38,038 nt of DNA from assembly GCF_006345805.1 (NCBI RefSeq), contig NW_021835853.1:1-38038 (forward strand), read 5' to 3'. Both the position numbers and the translations under genes were made by a program. Position 1 is the first letter of the stretch, and each line of letters opens with the position of its first letter. The stretch comes from Octopus sinensis (taxonomy: Eukaryota). The notes under the pieces are model-generated. The model had not been told where the DNA came from, searched no databases, and was given only the letters and a program-made list of their open reading frames with translations. Shown piece by piece: positions 24,050-36,975 of this stretch.

Positions 24050-24830
24050 GAAAGTAGGTAAAACTTTATTTTTTGATATGTCATTCACATTGCACATGTT
24101 AGCAGAGTAACTGTTTCTTAAAAGTAAACTTTCTTCCCGTTCTCTATCATTGCAGGCACCTAATGGGTTCCATTCAGAAGCTTTCAACAAAAGGTTGATA
24201 AAGGAGGTGTGCAGGCTCTCCAATATGCAATAAAAACGTATCTTAATGTTCCAGAAACGGAAACCAGTCCATATAGTTGATGTCACACATCTTCTCCATG
24301 TGCCAGTAAGTTGGGAATTGTTATTGGTTGGGGTTAGTGATACAGTTATCATTCTCCTTGATGGTAGATGGTTGCACCGTGAACAGTAAGCAGTACTTTG
24401 AGTCACTCAAAACGCATAGAGAATCCATTTAGGAATTAAGAAAACCGTATAAGTATCTGAAAAAGATTCACATTTACCTTGACATTGCGTGACCAAACAC
24501 ATCTTTGGTAATGAGTCAAGGAATCGGAAAATTCTATTGGTCATTGATTCTCCGTGCAGGGTACAGTCTTGATTTTGCTCCCTTTGAATTCTAACTGTTC
24601 GAAAGGCAGCTTTCAAAGGCAAACATTTGGCGACACCAATGAACTATAAGTGGCTGTGAAGAACTAGATACAACAGTGCATATCAGAATTTTTCTGTTTT
24701 TGCCTTTGAGATTCGATAGTTGAGGCGGAGAAGTGGCAACGTTGGCGCAAATGCATAGCCTGGAATGGAATCGTAGGTAAGCGTTTGGTACATAAAATGA
24801 GATGTCTCTCATGGCTGCTAATGCTGTATT
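24050..24830 (+). pseudogene. Possible very old L1-like C-terminal remnant
   Basis: WVPFRSFQQKVDKGG (24164-24208) resembles the L1 W..VC.PK..GG motif. Weaker matches are GKTL upstream and DGRWL and LRRR downstream. Confidence 0.33.
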
Positions 24831-24916
24831 CGGGGTTCTATAAAGAAATCCATATTTACTTGGAGATAAAGATTCCCGTTTGTTATTAATACTGCTTCCA
24901 TCGCAAATAATTAATT

Positions 24917-24951
<35 letters not shown>

Positions 24952-24984
24952 GTAGGTAGGTAGATAGGTAGGTAGGTAGGTAGG

Positions 24985-25252
<268 letters not shown>

Positions 25253-25871
25253 TACGACTATATGTGTGCGTGTATATATGTATGTATATGTATGTATATA
25301 TATGTATATATATGTATGTGTGAGTGCGTGTGTCTTTGTGTGTATTGCACTCATATATACATAGACACACATATACATACACCATTGCGTACATATACTG
25401 ACATATATACATACTTAAAAAAAAACAGAAAAGAATACCACCAAACACCTCTACCACAACAACAAGAACATACGTACTTATACAAGCCCGTATCTGATAT
25501 CTGCATGTGAATTCAAAGAAACGGGAGGTAGTTTAGTGAAAACGGATCTTGACTCCACGGCCGAAAGACGAATTTTTTTTTTTTACTTTCTTTTTTATTA
25601 TTCGTACATCTTACTTGAATGTTTGAAGGAAGCCCGTTTTTACAACTGTAATCCCCCAGCGTCGTTCGTTGAATGACTTAGCTTGAACTGAGAGCTTGGT
25701 CAGCTGAGATATGACACGGAAGTCGTACGGATGCTTCGCAATAAACATGTCATCAGACAATGAAAATTTATATAGCTCTAACGCCATACAACAGCCGGCC
25801 TCTCCAGTACTGTCAAATATGCATACAAGCATACATACATACATACATACATACATACATACATACATACA

Positions 25872-25904
<33 letters not shown>

Positions 25905-26115
25905 TCATACATACATCCATGTATCTGCGTGTGTGCGTATAAACGCTTATATAAGTCTGTATAATACACACAAACATATATCTTTCTATATGTATATATA
26001 TAAATACATGCGTAGATACACACACAAACACACACGATACTCCGACCAACAACCCTTAGGTGACCTTTTGCCTGATGGTGAGGCGCACGCACTTTACACC
26101 AGTATAAATGTATCT

Positions 26116-26280
26116 GGAGTGGTTGTGTGGTAAGAAGCTTGCTTACCAACCACATGGTACCGGGTTCAGTCCCACTGCGTGGCACCTTGGGCATGTGTTT
26201 TCTACTATAGCCTCGAGCCGATCAAAGCCTTGTGAGTGGATTTGGTAGACGGAAACTGAAAGAAGCTCGTCGTATATATA

Positions 26281-26313
<33 letters not shown>

Positions 26314-26617
26314 ATGTATATATGTATGTCTGTATGTATGTATGTATGCATGCATGTATGTATGCATGCATGTATGTATATATGTATGTATGTGTGTTTA
26401 TATGTTTGTGTGCCTGTGTTTGTTCCCCCAACATCGCTTGACAACCGATGCTGGTATGTTTACGTCCCAGTAACTTAGCGGCTCGGCAAAAAAAATGTCC
26501 GATCGAATGAGTGCTCGGTTTATAAAGAATAAGTCCTGGGGTCGATCTGTTCGACTAAATGCGGTGCTCCATCATGGCCGTAGTCAAATGAATGAAAAAA
26601 GTGAAAGAATAAAAGAA
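26116..26617 (+). mobile_element. SINE-A, full length with expanded (TATG)n interior
   Basis: Colinear with 17490-17895; interior microsatellite about 26272-26400. Confidence 0.9.
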
Positions 26618-26656
26618 TGCGTGCGCATGTTTAGGTAATATATATGTATAATATGG

Positions 26657-26887
26657 GGCGGCGAGCTGGCAGCAACGTTAGCGCGCCGGGCGAAATGCTT
26701 AGCGGTATTTCGTCTGTCGTTACGTTCTGAGTTCAAATTCCGCCGAGGTCGACTTTGCCTTTCATCCTTTCGGGGTCGATAAATTAAGTACCAGTTACGC
26801 ACTGGGGTCGATGTAATCGACTTAATCCCTTTGTCTGTCCTTGTTTGTCCACTCTATGTTTAGCCCCTTGTAGGTAGTAAAGAAATA
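26657..26887 (+). mobile_element. SINE-B, full length
   Basis: Same head, boxes, core and tail; flanked by TATATGTATA-type sequence. Confidence 0.92.
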
Positions 26888-27041
26888 TATATGTATATAT
26901 ATGCGCGTGCGTGTGTAGCTATGCCTATGCATGCATGAATGTATGTATGTACGCATGTATGTATTTATGTATGTATGTATGTATGTATGTATGTATGTAT
27001 GTATGTATGTATGTATCTATCTGTCTATTTATCTATCTATG

Positions 27042-27098
<57 letters not shown>

Positions 27099-27359
27099 AT
27101 CTGTCTGTCTGCCTGACTGTCTGTCTAACTGTCTGTCTATCTATATATCCATGTGGATTGTTATCGACTTGCCCCTTCCTCTAAAAATAGCAAACCTGTT
27201 GCCCAAATTGAATAGTGATATTCAGTTCAATGTGACCAACTCTTATCTTGATTTCACTCAATGGCTTTAACGACTCTAAAATATCATTGGGATAGGGCTG
27301 GATTGATGTCGTGATTTAGGGCCCATGTTTATGAAATTTTCAGGTGCTAGCATGGCTGT

Positions 27360-27612
27360 GTGGAAGCGCATGGCTTAGTGATTAGGGTGTTGAACTCATG
27401 ATCGTAAGGTTGTGGTTTCGATTCATGGACCGGGCGATGCGTTGTGTTCTTGAGCAAAACACTTCATTTTCACGTTGCTCCAGTCCACCTAGCTGGTAAA
27501 AATGGGTAATCCTGCGACGGACCGGCGTCCCGTCAAGGTGGGGAATTTCTTCGCCACTGAAACCGGGTAACCGACCCTTATGTGCCTGGCATGGCTCGAG
27601 AAGGAACATTTG
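27360..27612 (+). mobile_element. tRNA-derived CORE-like SINE
   Basis: tRNA head GCGCATGGCTTAGTGATTAGG...GGTTTCGATTC; CORE-like TGTGTTCTTGAGCAAAACACTT...TAAAAATGGGTA; then CCTGCGACGGACCGGCGTCCCGTC and GAAACCGGG. Confidence 0.75.
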
Positions 27613-27618
27613 CTTTTA

Positions 27619-27992
27619 ACATGGCCGTTTGCTTATAAGTTTGCTTTCCAGCAACATGGTTCCGGGTACAGCCTCGGGCCAACAAAAGCCTTGTGAGTCA
27701 ATTTGATACATGGAAACTCTAAGAAGCCCATTGTATATATGTGTGTATGTTTGTATATATGTGTGTGTGTGTGCTTTAGTGTCTGCATTTGTCCCCCTCA
27801 ACCCCTTAGCAACCGGTGTTTGTGCTTTATGTCCCCATAACTTAACGGTTCGACAAAATGTACCAATAGAATAAGTACCGGGCTCTAAAACAAATAAGAG
27901 CTGTGGTCGATTCATCCGATTAAAAATTCCTCAATGCTGTGTCCCAGCTTGGCCGCTGTCCAATGACTGAAACTAGTGAACGATAAAAGATT
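27619..27992 (+). mobile_element. SINE-A, diverged with internal deletion
   Basis: CATGGTTCCGGG...AAAGCCTTGTGAG...GAATAAGTACC...CCAGCTTGGCCGCTGTCCAATGACTGAAAC. Confidence 0.75.
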
Positions 27993-28503
27993 AATTATAA
28001 ATGATGTGAGACCGGAGAATTTGATTGAATAGTTGTAACCGAACGACTTTTAGCGTAGGAAGTTATTAGGTGTTGTTGTAAATGTTACGTTGTGTACGAT
28101 GGTCAAAATTTAGGTAACGAGAGGACGAGCGATAACTGACTGGGAAATGTTTGGTTGATCCTTTCACAAGAGCAGGCAGATTCGAGGAGCAGAGATCATC
28201 GCAGCAGTGATATCAAAATATCTAGAGAGGAAACACGACACCTGGGGACAAAAGGATTATGTTCGTTGACTACCGATTCCATGTTTCTCAGACAGATAGC
28301 CTTGTTTTAGATGTCAAGCACAGATGTACTTTCTGTGAGAGCATTTACTGCATTGCAGATTTGGGTTAAATTTTGTTGCAGGGTTAGCTCCTAAAGTATT
28401 TCCGTTTTAGCACGCACACGCACAATCCCAGGTTCGCACACACATTCATACACACACACAACGCACGCACGCACGCACATACGCACACAAATATCCATAT
28501 ACT

Positions 28504-28924
28504 TATTTCCTTGTTGCCCCCAGGGGGGGGGCTAAACATAGAGGGGACAAATAAAGACAGACAAAGGAATTAAGTCGATTACATCGACCCCAGTGCGTAA
28601 CTGGTACTTGATTTATCGACCCCGTAAGGATGAAAGGCAAAGTCCACTCCGGCGGAATTTGAACTCAGAACGTAGCGGTGGACGAAATTCCTATTTCTTT
28701 ACTACCCACAAAGGGATAAACACAGAGAGGACAAACAAGGACAGACAAACGTATTACGTCAATTATATCGACCCCAGTGCGTAACTGGTACTTTATTTTT
28801 ATCGACCCCGAAAGGATGAATGGCAAAGTCCACCCCGGCGGAATTTGAACTCAGAACGTAGCGGTAGACGAAATACCGCTAAGCATTTCGCCCATCGTGC
28901 CAACGTTTCTGCCAGCTCGCCGCC
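28504..28924 (-). mobile_element. SINE-B head-to-tail dimer (full unit 28692-28924; headless unit 28504-28691)
   Basis: Junction on the element strand: AAAGAAATA|GGAATTTCGTC. Confidence 0.9.
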
Positions 28925-29139
28925 TCATATCCCCATATCCACTTACTCCACATACTCTCCAGATACTCTCCACATACTCTCCACATACTCCACACACATA
29001 TCCACATACTCTCACGCTTTCTCTCTATCGCATACACACACATACACACACGTACACACACAGGTTCACACACAGAGTTTAATTTACAGTCGAATCTTTG
29101 GCGTTTAAGCGCTTCTTTGTCCTGTTTCTTTATTAAATA

Positions 29140-29532
29140 CTAGCAGTATTGCCCGGCGTTGCTCGGGTTTGTAAGGGAAATAACTATATAAGCATTTTTA
29201 GAGATGTAAAGTATAATAGCCATCTCAGTATGGCTAACCACAAGGGGGTGGTTACTGTAGCTTTTTACGTTCTGAGATTTAATAATGAATTTTTAGAGAG
29301 TTACTTCCCTTATATATGCCCAAAATGCATTAAAAATGGGAAAAATTGATGGTAATTTTTTTTTAAATCGTAGACTCATCGTAGACGCGCGCTAATACCC
29401 AGAAGGGCTCGATATGAATCACGACTATAAGATACCCGGTTTTGGTTAAACTGCACCGCAAAATGAGGGAGTAGTTAGGAATCTAAATCGTAGGAGACAG
29501 ACAGCACACAACCTCAATTTTATATATAAAGA
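29140..29532 (-). mobile_element. Non-autonomous Helitron (393 bp)
   Basis: On the element strand: A|TCTTTATATATAAAA...CCCGAGCAACGCCGGG (GC hairpin) CAATACTG-CTAG|T. It has the canonical 5'-TC, 3' hairpin plus CTAG, an A|T insertion site and no TSD. Confidence 0.85.
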
Positions 29533-29809
29533 TTTCATACTTATTTTCTGGCCCTGGGTTACTAACAGAAAATGAAAGCCCGAAGGAGATACTAAAATAT
29601 AGAGAAACAAAGTAAGAAAGAAAGATAAATAGAGGCCCAAAGCGAAGTGAAAAAGCGCACCATCTTACATTAGCTGATGGTGCCTGGATGTAGTCACAGT
29701 ATGTGGTTGCTAGAAATGGCAGTCAAATTTCCTGTATACATATCTCAACATCTTTAGAATTGAGGCATGTTGGATAATACAATGTAGTGGTGGCTTTTCT
29801 TGAAATACC

Positions 29810-30025
29810 TATTTCTTTATTACCCACAAGGGGCTAAACACAAAGAGGACAAACAAGGACAGACATAAGTATTAAGTCAATTACAACGACCCCAGTGCGT
29901 AACTGGTACTTAATTTATCGACCCCGAAAGGATGAAAGGCAAAGTCGACCTCGGCGGAATTTGAATTCAGAACGTAACGGCAGACGATATACCGCTAAGC
30001 ATTTCGCCCGGAGTGCTAACGATTC
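29810..30025 (-). mobile_element. SINE-B, slightly 5'-truncated, 13-bp TSD
   Basis: TSD ttcttgaaatacc at 29797-29809 and 30023-30035; it overlaps the SINE head by microhomology. Confidence 0.9.
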
Positions 30026-30202
30026 TTGAAATACCGAATCAATCGGGATGGTCGTGCCCGCGGAGAGTATTTGAGCATAGGTTAGCTCAATGAGGGATTA
30101 CCTGGGGGGTCTAATAACAACCGACAGCAACCGAGAAACTGAGAGTGAGAGAAAGAGAGTGGGAAAGAAAGAGGAAAAAAGCAAGGGAAGATGATAGAGA
30201 AT

Positions 30203-30554
30203 GGATGGAAGCACTCCGTCGGTTACGACGATGAGGGTTCCGGTTGATTCGAATCAACGGAACAGCCTGCTCGTGAAATTAACGTAAGTGGCTGAGCACT
30301 CCACAGACACGTGCACCCTTAACGTAGTTCTCGGGGATATTCAGCGTGACACAGAGTGTGACAAGGAAGTAAGAGTGAGAGAAAGTTGTGGTGAAAGAGT
30401 ACAGCAGGGATCACCACCAGCCCCTGCCGGAGCCTCGTGGAGCTTTTAGGTGTTTTCGCTCAATAAACACTCACAACGCCCGGTCTGGGAATCGAAACCG
30501 CGATCCTACGACCGCGAGTCCGCTGCCCCAACCACTGGGCCATTGCGCCTCCAC
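30203..30554 (-). mobile_element. tRNA-derived SINE (head related to 27360 copy, different body)
   Basis: Minus strand reads GTGGAGGCGCAATGGCCCAGTGGTTGGGGCAGCGGACTCGCGGTCGTAGGATCGCGGTTTCGATTCCCAGACCGGGCG...CCCTCATCGTCGTAACCGACGGAGTGCTTCC. Confidence 0.8.
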
Positions 30555-30984
30555 GATGATAGAGAATAATAAGTGAAAGACAAAGATATAAAGGGAGAGA
30601 GAGAGGGGAAAATGATAAACAGGCTTTTGTTAAAGCCTTCTTTCTCTCCCTCACACCTCAAAGTATGTGGTGTTTGCGTGTACGTGTGTGTATGTGTGTG
30701 TATGTGTGTACGTGAGGTGAAAGATCGTTTGTTTTCGTCTGGCTGTTATAACGATTAATGGGCAGCAAAAGAAAAGATAATTCAAGGTTTTTACCCAAAT
30801 GTTCAACACCAAATCCCTCCATGATAAATCAACACCAACAACATCAATTCACGTGCAGTTGTTTGTGATCCGTCTTCTCAATAACCAAAAGAGCAACTTT
30901 TCAACCTCTACAAACTGCTCCTTAATTTTCGTGTCTGACCCTGCGAACGATTTTCTTTCTCCTCCCTTCTGTATATTTCTTTCG

Positions 30985-31057
30985 GTTTCTTTTCATTTGT
31001 TTCTTCGTTTTTGATTTCATTCATTTTCATTTTTCTTTTTCCTCTCATTTACTTCAA

Positions 31058-31097
<40 letters not shown>

Positions 31098-31217
31098 ATT
31101 TCTTTCTTTCTTTCCTACTTTCTTTCTTTCTTTCTTTCTTTCGGTCTGTTTTTCGTTTGTTTCTTCGTTTTTGATTTCATTCATATCCATTTTTCTTTTT
31201 CCTCTCATTTACTTCAA

Positions 31218-31280
<63 letters not shown>

Positions 31281-31764
31281 TCCTTCCTTCCTTTTCTTCC
31301 TTCCTTTCTTTCATTCTTTCTTCATTTCTTTCTTTCTTTCCTACTTTCTTTCTTTCGGTCTGTTTTTCGTTTGTTTCTTCGTTTTTAATTTCATTCATTT
31401 TCATTTTTCTTTTTCCTTTCATTTACTTCAACTTTCTTTCTTTCTTTCTTTCTTTCTTTCCTTCTTCCTTCCTTCCTTCCTTCTTTTCTTTCCTTCCTTC
31501 CTTTCCTTCTTTCTTCATTTCTTTCTTTCTTTCCTACTTTCTATCTTTCTTTCTTCCTTCCTTCCTTTCCTTCCTTCCTTTCCTTCCTTCTTTCTTCATT
31601 TCTTTCTTTCTTTCCTACTTTCTTTCTTTCTTTTCTTTTTCCTGCCTTTCCTTCCTTTCCTCTTTCTTTCTCTTCCTTCTTTCTAATTCTTTCTTCTTTC
31701 TTTCTTTCTTCCTGCCTTTCCTTCCTTTCCTTCCTTCCTTTCTTTCTTTCCTTCTTTCTTAATT

Positions 31765-31800
<36 letters not shown>

Positions 31801-32061
31801 TGCCTTTCCTTCCTTTCCTTCCTTCCTTTCCTTCCTTCCTTCTTCCTTCTTTCTTATTCTTTCTTTCCTTCTTCTTCATTTCTTTCTTTCTTTCCTACTT
31901 TCTTCCTTCCTTTCCTTCCTTCCTTCCTTCTTCCTTCTTTCTTAATTTCTTTCTTTCCTTCTTTCTTCATTTCTTTCTTTCTTTCCTACTTTCTTCCTTC
32001 CTTTTCTTCCTTCCTTCCTTCCTTCCTTCCTTTCTTTCTTTCTTTCTTTCCTTCTTCATTC

Positions 32062-32096
<35 letters not shown>

Positions 32097-32105
32097 TCCT
32101 TCTTT
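30985..32105. repeat. ~1.1-kb polypyrimidine tract (CTTT/CCTT) with a triplicated ~90-bp module
   Basis: Module tttcgtttgtttcttcgtttt.atttcattcat...cctctcatttacttcaac at about 30990, 31140 and 31355; also at about 22140. Confidence 0.92.
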
Positions 32106-32296
32106 CATTTATTCATTTTTAATCACATACAAATGCATGTGCACGTGTGTATTTGCTTGTTTGTCGGTCAGCGTCCGCGCGCGCGCATGTCTGCGTTTGT
32201 GGTTAAACATTCTTAGCGATGGTCAGACTAAATTCCTATGGTTTTAGTATATAATTATTCGGTTAGCTAACTTGTTTAGCTGCAAATGTAAGAGAA

Positions 32297-32367
<71 letters not shown>

Positions 32368-33023
32368 GGCAGACAGATAGACAGGCAGATAAAGTGAAAA
32401 TGGGATCAGACAAAAAATATACACACACACAACTCCTGCACAAGCACACAAGCACACATCATTATACTTGTACATATACATACATACGCATACATGTATG
32501 TATTTGTATGCAAGCGTGAGTGATAATATAATGAATGAACAGGGACTATGCTTCTAGACTATGGTTTTGTTAGATCTATACATCGCATGAACGGCAGACA
32601 TCACTCTTTGAAATTCAGAGCCCGCCACCCATGTGCAAATTAACTAATTCCATTAAAATTGCCGTCCACTTCCTTGAACAGGAATCATCCGAGTTACTCA
32701 ATGCTTCGGATACCTTCAAAGCACGACACATTGTGACATATTAATCTCCGATTTTGTTCCTTTTAAACCAAGCAAATTCTAGTTAAATGAAAGAGTTAGG
32801 AAGCTTTACCGAAATGGAGTGCTTTTAGAAAAATTATAGTTTCGAACATCATGGCGATAATGAACGACGTGAAACTGGATAAATCAAAGTTAGTTTTAGT
32901 TTTCAAAAACATGCTGACTGCGCCATATTATTATTCCGTAGACAGAATTATGTAAAACAACCGACAGCAACACATACGTTGAAATCAACACTCAGTCATA
33001 AAAGAGAGCCATAAAACATGACC

Positions 33024-33450
33024 GGATCTTTTCTGTTTGAACGACAGTTTTTTTCTAGCGGTATCATATGAAATTGACACCCATAATTATGACCCTAGTA
33101 TCGATCTATTGCATTTCAATCTGTTTTAGGGTTAGGGTTAGTTAGGATTAGGGGTGGGGGAAGAGTATCTTTTTTTCTTCACAAATGTAAATAAACCCAA
33201 TCTGTTTCTTAAACGAGGGACATATTCATACGGCACAGAATGTATTTTACCTCAATGGACGTCACTGATTGGTTGAAATTGCAGAAATTGAAGAAAAAAA
33301 TCAACAAATATCTTACAAACTATAGAATTTTCTCAATAAAGCCACGAGAAAAAGATGTTTTATAAACACTTTCTACCAGTATACGAAGTTTAAAATTTTT
33401 TAGTTACCTAGAAATTATGTTAAAAACTGCCGTTCAAACCGAAAAGATCC
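33024..33450. mobile_element. MITE (427 bp) with ~28-bp TIRs and 8-bp TSD; Merlin-like (GG termini) or hAT
   Basis: Left TIR GGATCTTTTCTGTTTGAACGACAGTTTTT; right AAAAACTGCCGTTCAAACCGAAAAGATCC. TSD ACATGACC at 33016-33023 and 33451-33458. Confidence 0.9.
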
Positions 33451-33723
33451 ACATGACCTGTAAAGCAAACTTCGGCCCCGTCAAGCACCCACAGTAATAT
33501 CAAAATCGTCTCTGCTTGGTTTTTTATATTAATAAGCAGCTCTTGTAAGAGGGGAGAGAGGGGGAGAGAAAGAGAAAATAAGAGTAGGGGTAACTCTGAT
33601 GATAGTTGTGAATCTTCTTATTCTCTGCTTCGCCGAATCCCAAGAAAAACCTAGAGAACAATCATACACACACATGAGCACGCACGCATACACACACATA
33701 CATGCTCAAACACATGCACACAT

Positions 33724-33766
<43 letters not shown>

Positions 33767-33999
33767 GCACAAACAACTTGAAAATCCTACCCAAAAAGTC
33801 AATCTTTAATGTTAGCAAAATTAATTTTGTTAAAGCTAGAGTAACTATTTTACAGTAAATAAAATGTGATAGATTTGTTCCAACAGATTTTACTCATCAG
33901 GCTTTGGACGGATCACCACCATAATCAAGCTGATTAAGCAAAACAGTGCAGCAATTTTGAAACTTTCCATTGCAAGTACAGTCCATCCGGCGATGGCTG

Positions 34000-35340
34000 T
34001 GGAGTTTTTCAGGCGTCCATACGCTACTCAGAAGGAAGCATTTCTTAGGACACATTGATATCCATTAAAGGATATAATTCAATACTTCACTCTGCAACCT
34101 CATCACAAATCCAGCAAGTTCGTTGTCTGTTGACGCATGAAGTTGTTGTACGGATTATTCTTTACGCTGTTGAAGAGCGTTCATATCCATAGTTTCTCAG
34201 TTCCCAGATGAATTGTCACAAGGATATTGAAGTTGTTCTTATTCTCTGACCTACATTAATAAAGATACTAGCATTAACAACTTTTAAATATGTACTTTCT
34301 GACCCACATCTAATTGCTATGGTACTTTCTGATTCACATCTAATTGCTATGAAAACCACCTAGGTGTATTTTGGATGTTTTATATACAGAATCCACTGAA
34401 TTAGCAAATAGACACATTTCAACAGTTACTTGTTGGTTATATTCCGATGGGAGTTATTTGCATATGCGTCTCCTATTGCAGCGAGTTATCTGAGAAGCGA
34501 TATTTTCCAGACAGGTTTAGCTGACCTGAATCTTGTTTGACTTAAAAAGTTTATTGTATTTGTGTCTCTAGGAAGATTGCTACTTTATAACAAGAATATT
34601 CTTGACCAAGCAAGATGTATTGTTCAAGTTACAGAATGGAATAAACCCGATAACCTTCTTTAAGGTTTTAGCCTGGTATCGATGAGGTAGGAAGTTTTCC
34701 ACATACAATAGTTTATTATTGAAGATGCATGTAGCTCGCATATTAGTATGGTATGGGTAATACTGTGTAAGTTGCTTTAGCAGGGTGATCCTTGTTATAA
34801 CGAAGATACATCAAAGACTCTCCTATCTATTCCGGCTGCGCTATTTCTTAAGATGACTGAGGTGTGAGCGTAGGATATTATGTACATAATTTACTCGCTA
34901 AGACTTCTGTAAATGTAGTATTAACCTATATTCATATTTATTTTTATGTCTAAGAAGTTGGCTGCTATTCAGCTTGTTCTGCCATTGGAAGAGATATTAG
35001 AGAGTTACTGTTTGGTTCAACTCTTTATGTACACCCTACAGATACCACTGAGGTCAGCTTTGACCTACCACCTTCCGTGTTCAAGAATACCTGTGCCGTT
35101 CGGTAACTGGTATTGATTAACTCACAAGTCAGAAGCTGGAGTCCTTAAAGCGTATGACGTTCTTTTCAGGACTACGCAAGTATTATGTCCCTATCACCGA
35201 CGATATCAGTTCTATACTGTATCGAACGGAGGCAATCGCCGGTTTACCATTCAACCCTTCCCAGGAATACATTTTGGAAACGATCTTCAAAGTGGCTTCA
35301 ACGCACCCTACCAACATAATCTAAAGCCTTCCCATAGTCT
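34000..35340 (-). pseudogene. Heavily decayed L1-clade RT remnant
   Basis: Ordered degenerate motifs: DYGKALDYV (35340-35311, like DFEKAYD.V), LNGKP, ASDL*VNQ (about 35139-35115, like SGL.VN..KS), RITLLK (34793-34776, like GR.TLIK). Many stops and frameshifts. Confidence 0.5.
34292..34351. repeat. 30-bp tandem duplication (28/30 identical)
   Basis: gtactttctgacccacatctaattgctatg / gtactttctgattcacatctaattgctatg. Confidence 0.95.
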
Positions 35341-35602
35341 TTCCAGACAGTCAAGTTAACAGAAAAAGAAGAAAAGGTGTTTACCTAGAATTCCTTCAAC
35401 ATATCTATTGAGACGTGTTAAAATCGTCATCTCTGTACAATTCACAAATATGGTAAGGATATGATTTCTAAAGTTATCAAAAGTAAACTAGATTAGTCAT
35501 TTCAGCTATACAGACTTCAACATACCAAATAAAAACCCATCCGCCATTTTGACCTACTAAGAATCATCAAGATATAGCAACAACATTTGAATTTTCATTA
35601 TT

Positions 35603-36230
35603 GGCAAGCTGGCATAAAGGCATTGATCTGGTAGAATCGTTAGCACGCCGGGCGAAATGCTTAGCGGTATTTCGTCTGCCGTTACGTTCTGAGTTCAAAT
35701 TCCGCCGAGGTCGACTTTGCCTTTCATCCTTTCGGGGCCGATTAATTAAGTACCAGTTACGCACTGGGGTCGATATATTCGACTTAATCCGTCTGTCCTT
35801 GTTTGTCCTCTCTGTGTTTAGCCTCTTGTGGGTAGTAAAGAAATAGGTATTCTTCGTCTGCCGTTACGTTCTGAGTTCAAATTCCGCCGAGGTCAACTTT
35901 GCCTTTCTTCCTTTCGGGGTCGATTAAATAAGTACCACTTGGGTCGATATAATCGACTTAATCCGTTTGTCTGTCCTTGTTTGTCCCCTCTATGTTTAGC
36001 TCCTTGTGGGCAATAAAGAAATAAGAATCGTTAGCACGCCGTGCAAGACGCTTAGTGACATTCCGACCGACTTTAGGTTTTCAGTTCAAATTCTACCGAG
36101 GCCGATTTTGCCTTTCATTCTTTCGGGGTCGATAAAATAAGTACCAATCAAGCACGGGGTCAAGTGGGGAGCTTCGATGTAATTGCCTTACCCACTCCAT
36201 GAACTTACTGGCTTTGTGCCAAAATTTGAA
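35603..36230 (+). mobile_element. Nested/tandem SINE-B cluster (orphan head 35603-35614; units 35619-35845, 35846-36023; older alternative-tail unit 36024-~36230)
   Basis: Junctions AAAGAAATA|GGTATT (35845/6) and AAAGAAATA|AGAATCGTTAGC (36023/4). Confidence 0.88.
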
Positions 36231-36975
36231 ACCAATGTTATCCAGTATTTCTATCCTTAATTGCAGTAAATTCTCAGAATCCATAACTGTCAATAAGACG
36301 GGTTTGATATAGATGTACATGAGGGCTCCAAAGTCAAACTGGATTACACTATAGCATGTTTTACTTCCACTAAATAATAGTGACACTGCTGCTCCATTTG
36401 TCTAGTCAAGGATTAAAATAGCGGCGCGGAGTATTTGCACATAATCTCCATAAGCTTGGACTAGGTAGTCTCCCTTTACACCGTATTAGTCCAGTCACCT
36501 TTGACCTGGAACACATTTCATTACAGATCCCTTCTTCACTAATGACAATCGCCCCATGTACATTTATTTATTGTTATATATATTAATCTCTGATCATTAT
36601 AGGAATGGTTAAATTTACATCATGGACAATTGAGTGAATTACCAACTGTCTCCCAAAACACGTACATACATGATGCATACATACATATATAAATACATAT
36701 TACATACATACATGCATGTATGCACGCATACATAAATACATACCATTTATGTACAAAACCAAAACATACAAATCTGTACATATACATACATACATACATA
36801 CATACATACATACATACATACATGCATGCATGCATACATACATACATACATACATACATACATACATACATACATACTACTAGCAAAAATATTCTATTGT
36901 TGATGTTGAAATTCCAGTGAAGGAGCCTTGGATCTGGGTAAGAATTCGGCTCTTTCTCGATAGACAAGAAATTTT

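Noticed and set aside
24140-24312. Apparent exon (ttctctatcattgcag ... CCA|gtaagt)
   Set aside because: All three frames contain stops. It is better explained as an old retroelement fragment.
32560-33010. Unique non-repetitive stretch with TAAT/ATTA clusters and a possible acceptor (gaacag|GAATCATCC)
   Set aside because: No convincing donor or ORF, and regulatory function cannot be inferred without conservation data.
36230-36560. Unique stretch with faint RT-like words on the minus strand
   Set aside because: Motif assignments conflicted between frames and I cannot support a call without a search.
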